A stretch of DNA of 64,000 bases from Candidatus Woesebacteria bacterium GW2011_GWA1_38_8 (GTDB lineage: Bacteria > Patescibacteriota > Microgenomatia > UBA8517), in the NCBI GenBank assembly GCA_000993025.1, contig LBVJ01000001.1:29699-93698 (forward strand), in the 5' to 3' direction. The notes under the pieces are model-generated. The model did not search any database. It saw only the letters and a program-made list of their open reading frames with translations, and was not told the DNA's origin. Position 1 is the first letter of the stretch, and each line of letters begins with the position of its first letter. Positions 59,426-64,000 of the stretch are shown here, one piece after another. The position numbers and the translations under genes are program-made.

Positions 59426-59782
59426 ATGATCTCATCCGGAACATCAAAGGGTAGGGTAGGTGAACAACTTGCTTCAAAATATTTGATGTGTGCCGGTTTT
59501 AAAATCATTGAGAAGAATTTCCGTTCTTCTTTTGGAGAGCTTGATATTATTGCTATAAAATGCGGGATAATATATTTTTGTGAAGTAAAAACCCGATGGG
59601 GACTGCGGTATGGCTATCCCGAGGAATCTGTAAATGTAAAAAAGCTGAACAAGATAAGGAAGACGATCGATTATTATTTTTATAAAAATAAGATCACCGA
59701 TCAGAAAATAAAAATTATAGTGATTTCTCAGTTAATACAAAATAAAAAACTTATTTATCAAAAAATGATCGGGCTTAATTAA
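59426..59782 (+). CDS. YraN/UPF0102 family putative endonuclease
   Basis: GRVGEQLA, GELDII, FCEVKTR and PEESV. Confidence 0.9.
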   Translation: MISSGTSKGRVGEQLASKYLMCAGFKIIEKNFRSSFGELDIIAIKCGIIYFCEVKTRWGLRYGYPEESVNVKKLNKIRKTIDYYFYKNKITDQKIKIIVISQLIQNKKLIYQKMIGLN

Positions 59783-60566
59783 TATCATTAAAACATAAGA
59801 ACGCACCCGGGGGGATCAATTCATTTATTTCAAAACTGCTATCAATATATGATGAGGCAGTTCCTCCATCAAAATTTATTGCACTTTTTATTTTTATTCC
59901 CTTATTACCTTCCAGATAACTTAGTATGGACAATATTGTTGAAAAATCCGGACCGCTAAAATAATCACTACTGTCATAAACCATTAAAATATAGGGGAAA
60001 TCATTTTCGTCAAGAATAAACACAGTTCTTCTCCCAACCGAGTTGTTTGAACTAAGATCCTGATTTTCAAATTGATAAACCAATAATGGTCCTGTTTGAA
60101 AAATGAATTTACAAAGAGGTTGTTCTTTGTCGCTCATATTGATCGACCAATTATCTGCTCCGCGGTAACAAACAAATGCATTAAATATCTCATTACTCTC
60201 ATAAAATGAACGTGTTTTCCCGTCAATAGCAATAAGTCCAATAGGGCTTCTGTCAGTATTAAAAAAACCGGCGTTGGTTATTGCGTCGCAACTATTTCCT
60301 TTTTTTGCCGCAAGAGTCGATAATTTCTCCTCAAAATTCGTGATCATTTTTGCATCATATCCGTCAAAGTTTTTTAGCCTTATATGGTATTTATCGTATA
60401 AAATAATTCCATCCTCATCCCGATTATCGTCATTTTTGTCTTCATCGCGCAATTTATCTACCGGTGCATTGTAAATCGACGGATTATTTTTATAAAAGCT
60501 TCCGATATTAAACAATACAGAAATGGCAATGATAAATATAGTCGATTTTAATATACCTTTTTTCAT
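59775..60566 (-). CDS. Exported phosphodiester glycosidase (NAGPA-like) family protein
   Basis: NAGFF, PIGL, QTGPLLV, RRT and AINFDGGTAS. Confidence 0.8.
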   Translation of the reverse strand: MKKGILKSTIFIIAISVLFNIGSFYKNNPSIYNAPVDKLRDEDKNDDNRDEDGIILYDKYHIRLKNFDGYDAKMITNFEEKLSTLAAKKGNSCDAITNAGFFNTDRSPIGLIAIDGKTRSFYESNEIFNAFVCYRGADNWSINMSDKEQPLCKFIFQTGPLLVYQFENQDLSSNNSVGRRTVFILDENDFPYILMVYDSSDYFSGPDFSTILSILSYLEGNKGIKIKSAINFDGGTASSYIDSSFEINELIPPGAFLCFNDIN

Positions 60567-60623
60567 AACATTGCTAAATGTTTGATACTTGAATTTAGAT
60601 ATTTATAATAATACCATTTAAAA

Positions 60624-60860
60624 ATGGATGAAGAAGTAAATGTGGTAGAAAAGATGTCGGGTGGCAAAATATTTTTGCTTATTTGGTTTCTTTCTATTGC
60701 AGTCATGTATTTTCTCGCCTCACGTCCGGGGAATCCTCTAGTTCTTCCCGGTGATATTTATACCAGAAAGGGAATGAATAAAATATATCTTCCTGTCGGC
60801 AGTTCTTTATATCTGGCAATCATCCTCTATATTTTATTTAAATTTTTCTTTAAAATATAA
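60624..60860 (+). CDS. DUF2905-like small membrane protein
   Basis: LPGDI...IYLPVGSSL between two TMs. Confidence 0.7.
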   Translation: MDEEVNVVEKMSGGKIFLLIWFLSIAVMYFLASRPGNPLVLPGDIYTRKGMNKIYLPVGSSLYLAIILYILFKFFFKI

Positions 60861-60863
60861 TCT

Positions 60864-61532
60864 ATGCCAGAAAAAAAATCCTCAACGGTCAAAAGCAAAA
60901 GTAAGGGTGTTGTAGGGAATAACGCAAAATTGATCACATCCAGCGATCATAAGAATAAAAAGTTTATATATATTCTCTCTCTCAGTTTGATCCTTATCTC
61001 TCTCGTTCTATTTTTAAACAGTGCCTATAAAAGGATATATATCGCAAAAGTAAATGGCCGACCCATTTCAAGGCTTGAGTATATTAAAGAACTTGAAAAA
61101 AATGATAAGGGTGTGGTTCTTGACAATATGATCACCAAGTCTATTATTTTTCAGGAAGCAGATAAGAACGGTATAAAAATAAGCGATGCAGATATTCAGA
61201 CCGAACTTAGTAATATCCGCCTTTCTGTTGAATCTCAGGGGACTACGCTCGAAGAGATCCTTCTTTATCAGGGGATAACTTATGAACAATTGCTGGAAAA
61301 TATTGAAATACAAAAGATACTTGAGATAATTTTAAAAGACAATATTACTGTTACCGATGAAGAGGTCAAGGATAGTTACGAAGAGAATAAAGATATTTAT
61401 GGCAGCGAAAAAACATTTGAAGAATTAGAGGAAAGCATACGTTATCAACTTATACAATCAAAGATCACTGATTCATATAAAACTTGGCTTGATGGAAAAA
61501 AGAGCTCAAGCAACATACAAAAATATCTATAA
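60864..61532 (+). CDS. SurA/PrsA N-terminal-domain chaperone lacking a parvulin domain
   Basis: TM, AKVNGRPI, QEADKNGIKISD, VTDEEV and WLD; no parvulin motifs. Confidence 0.75.
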   Translation: MPEKKSSTVKSKSKGVVGNNAKLITSSDHKNKKFIYILSLSLILISLVLFLNSAYKRIYIAKVNGRPISRLEYIKELEKNDKGVVLDNMITKSIIFQEADKNGIKISDADIQTELSNIRLSVESQGTTLEEILLYQGITYEQLLENIEIQKILEIILKDNITVTDEEVKDSYEENKDIYGSEKTFEELEESIRYQLIQSKITDSYKTWLDGKKSSSNIQKYL

Positions 61533-61538
61533 CAAAAA

Positions 61539-61811
61539 ATGACCCCCGACCTCGATAATATTTTTACAATAATTAGAAGCAACCCCATATTTTTGTTGCT
61601 TTATATGGCGTATAACGCTGTCCTAAAAGGACTATCGCTTTGGAGAGCTGCCAAAAATTCTCATAAATATTGGTTCATCGGCCTTCTTGTGGTAAATCTT
61701 TTTGGAATTCCAGAAATATTATATCTCTTATATTTTTCCAAAAAGGGTGGTGTGCAAAGAGAAGTACTCCAAAAAAATATTGTTAAGTCTAAAGTTAAAA
61801 AAGCAAAATGA
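61539..61811 (+). CDS. DUF5652-like small membrane protein
   Basis: KGLSLWRAA...WF...NLFGIPEILY. Confidence 0.7.
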   Translation: MTPDLDNIFTIIRSNPIFLLLYMAYNAVLKGLSLWRAAKNSHKYWFIGLLVVNLFGIPEILYLLYFSKKGGVQREVLQKNIVKSKVKKAK

Positions 61812-62308
61812 TAATTTTAGGACTTGATCCGGGTACGGCAACGACTGGGTATGGCTTCATTAAGGTTGAGAAAAACTCTTTTTCAGTTATTAACTATGGC
61901 CTTATAGAAACCAATAAGGATCAAAATCCTGGAAAGAGACTGGTAGAAATATATAAAAAGCTTTCCCTTATTATCAAAAATTACAATCCCGATATTATAT
62001 CGATCGAAAAGATTTTTTTTGCAACGAATGCAAAAACGGCAATCTCTGTCGGTCAGGCTATTGGAATAATGATATATTGTGCTGAAAAACATAAGTTGAA
62101 TATATTTGAATACGCACCCGGAACAGTTAAAAAGCAAATATCCGGCAGTGGAAAATCGGATAAAAAAATGATGCAAACAGCTGTAAGAAAAATATTGGGT
62201 CCCAAGATCAAAAAAAAGAAAGGAAATAAAACACATTTTGATAATTCCGCCGATGCTCTTGCAATTGCCCTTTGCCACGCCGTAGTTACAGGAGTGATTA
62301 AGCTATAA
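61808..62308 (+). CDS. ruvC: Holliday junction resolvase RuvC
   Basis: ILGLDPG, IEKIFF, EY-x-P-x-x-VK, G-x-G-x-x-DK and DNSADALAIA. Confidence 0.95.
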   Translation: MIILGLDPGTATTGYGFIKVEKNSFSVINYGLIETNKDQNPGKRLVEIYKKLSLIIKNYNPDIISIEKIFFATNAKTAISVGQAIGIMIYCAEKHKLNIFEYAPGTVKKQISGSGKSDKKMMQTAVRKILGPKIKKKKGNKTHFDNSADALAIALCHAVVTGVIKL

Positions 62309-62507
62309 TAATAAAACGAATTAATTTATATTATTAATGTTAGATATCTAACAACCGAAAATGGCTTGTTGAAATTAGAAAGTAGTAATAGAAAAATAGA
62401 TATTGGAAAATAGTAGAACAAATCTCAATTTTCTATTTTCAATAACCAATCACGATTTTTTATCAACAAATTTCTGTTTATTATTTATCGATTGGGGGTG
62501 ATAACAT

Positions 62508-62762
62508 ATGACTGATGTAAAGATCGGTAAAGTTACTCACTATTACGAAAAAATACAGGTTGCAATAATTGAACTATCGGCTGACCTTAATGTCGGAGAT
62601 TCAATTAAATTCCAAAGGGGCGGAGAGGATCTTTTTGAGCAGAAAACCGGATCAATGGAGGTTGAACACAGCAGTGTCGATAACGCAAAGGCCGGAGATG
62701 TGGTAGGATTAAAAGTTGATAATGAGGTTAAAGAAGGCGCTGAAGTATATAAGATTAACTAA
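62508..62762 (+). CDS. Small beta-barrel protein (EF-Tu domain II / U32 C-terminal-like)
   Basis: IGKVTHYY, L-x-VGD-x-I, SMEVEH, AKAGDVVGLKV and VYK; SD-like GGGGGTGA. Confidence 0.75.
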   Translation: MTDVKIGKVTHYYEKIQVAIIELSADLNVGDSIKFQRGGEDLFEQKTGSMEVEHSSVDNAKAGDVVGLKVDNEVKEGAEVYKIN

Positions 62763-63189
62763 AGAAAAAAAGAAAAGAAGAAAGAAAAAAACTTCAAGTG
62801 CTGTTTTGTGGGAAAAAGCTTCAGATGTTGAAAAAGATCTAAAACGACTTATAAATCTCTCAAAACTCCCGTACGACATCAAAAATATTACGAGCTTGCG
62901 GTCATATAATTCTCGTGCACGGGCTTATGCAAGAATTTGGGGTCTTTCAAGAGTCTGGCAGATGTCGTTAAATGTACCCCCTCACTATATAATCGAGATC
63001 CTATCGGAAAAATTCGATGAATTATCAAAAGAAAGAAAAGACGAAGTGCTTCTTCATGAACTGGCTCATATTCCAAGTAACTTTTCAGGAAGTTTGTTAC
63101 CTCATATCAGACGCGGAAAGAGGAATTTTAAGAGTAAGGTGGATAGACTAATAAGAGAGGTTAGGATGAATGACGGGAAACGATATTAG
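62722..63189 (+). CDS. Putative HEXXH metallopeptidase
   Basis: ARIWGL, YIIE-x-x-SEKF and LLHELAHIP; start uncertain. Confidence 0.75.
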   Translation: MRLKKALKYIRLTKEKKKRRKKKTSSAVLWEKASDVEKDLKRLINLSKLPYDIKNITSLRSYNSRARAYARIWGLSRVWQMSLNVPPHYIIEILSEKFDELSKERKDEVLLHELAHIPSNFSGSLLPHIRRGKRNFKSKVDRLIREVRMNDGKRY

Positions 63190-63285
63190 GATATTGATAT
63201 ATTAGGAAATTGGGAAATTTATGTATCTTTAATCAAGTTTCTCTATGACAATTTATCAATTTAATTATTTATTAGTTTGATAAGT

Positions 63286-63954
63286 ATGAACATTTATTTA
63301 ATTCACGGTGACAACAACCTAGCCTCGTATGACCGTTTGCAGGAATATGTGAATAAAGGGAAAGGAAGAGGTTGGGAAGTGACAGAGATTGAAGATAAAG
63401 AATTAAATACCATTGATATATTACGATCCAATAGTCTTTTCGGAAACAAACGTTTGGTGGTAATAATAAATTATCTATTATTAAATTCTCAAATTATCAA
63501 ATATATTAATACTTCCGATGATGATGTGGAGGTAATTATTTATAACAAAACTCCTATTCCAATTTCATTTATCAAACAACTCACCCGTGTCAAAAATAAT
63601 GAAGTATTTCCCCTCTCAAAATACTTGTGGAAATTCATTGATAGTTTTTATCCCGGAAATGTAAAGAATTGCCTGATATATTTTCACAAATCACTTGAAA
63701 ATGATCCTGTAGAATTAGTTTTTACGATACTTATCGGACAATTAAGGGATATCTTTTTGGCTCTTTATTCGGATGAAATTCTTCCATATCCTCCCTGGCG
63801 CCTGGGAAATATTAAAAGACAAGCCGGTTTTTTTGGAAAAGAAAAGATTAAAATGACTATCGATGAACTGGCAAAAATTGACATAAAAGTAAAAACATCG
63901 AGCGCAGATCTTAAAGATGAGCTTGATTTGTTCATTATGAGGAAGTTAGAATAA
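63286..63954 (+). CDS. holA: DNA polymerase III delta subunit-like (short HolA)
   Basis: IYLIHGD, SLFGNKRLVVI and C-terminal L-x-x-ID-x-x-VKTS. Confidence 0.7.
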   Translation: MNIYLIHGDNNLASYDRLQEYVNKGKGRGWEVTEIEDKELNTIDILRSNSLFGNKRLVVIINYLLLNSQIIKYINTSDDDVEVIIYNKTPIPISFIKQLTRVKNNEVFPLSKYLWKFIDSFYPGNVKNCLIYFHKSLENDPVELVFTILIGQLRDIFLALYSDEILPYPPWRLGNIKRQAGFFGKEKIKMTIDELAKIDIKVKTSSADLKDELDLFIMRKLE

Positions 63955-64000
63955 ATGACGCAAATGAAAATCGATTCATCAATCTTCAAAGCATATGACA
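63955..64000 (+). CDS. Start of a phosphomannomutase/phosphoglucomutase (truncated by window)
   Basis: MTQMKIDSSIFKAYD matches the PMM/PGM N-terminal IFKAYDIRG motif. Confidence 0.7.
   Translation, partial: MTQMKIDSSIFKAYD

Noticed and set aside
1-64000. Prophage, IS element, retron/DGR or defence system
   Set aside because: No integrase, transposase, reverse transcriptase, phage structural or recognisable defence genes among the ORFs; YraN, YkuK-like and PolX are ordinary chromosomal genes.

Overview
64-kb chromosomal segment from an AT-rich, reduced-genome bacterium using genetic code 11 (many conserved genes end in TGA). Gene content and divergence suggest Patescibacteria/CPR, probably Microgenomates (inference). 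In order it holds: a minimal dcw cluster (mraY end, ftsW, murG, ftsQ-like, ftsA, ftsZ); ileS, rodA, rplU, rpmA, parB, lepB and a guaB-like gene; a ~27-kb surface-glycan region (GT4, galU, rmlABCD, a five-gene synthase/modifier/hydrolase module rich in domain fusions, and a Wzx/Wzy-like locus); polX, lemA-htpX, gatCAB, dnaE, rplS, ruvC and holA. There are four intact tRNAs (Val-CAC, Thr-CGT, Gly-CCC, Asp-GTC). The most unusual signal is non-coding: the tRNA loci carry structured satellites built from tRNA ends. A complete tRNA-Val(CAC) is nested inside a doubly interrupted tRNA-Val(TAC), and tRNA-Asp is preceded by an array of acceptor-stem-bounded hairpins that can fold in two mutually exclusive registers. 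Other points: IleRS with altered GVHH/PMHKS motifs, an atypical GuaB, three disrupted genes, in-frame heptamer tracts in PolX/GatB, promoter spacing that suggests leaderless mRNAs, and an uncalled 31-aa membrane ORF. No CRISPR array, rRNA, integrase or transposase was seen. All calls come from reading motifs by eye; no database searches were run.
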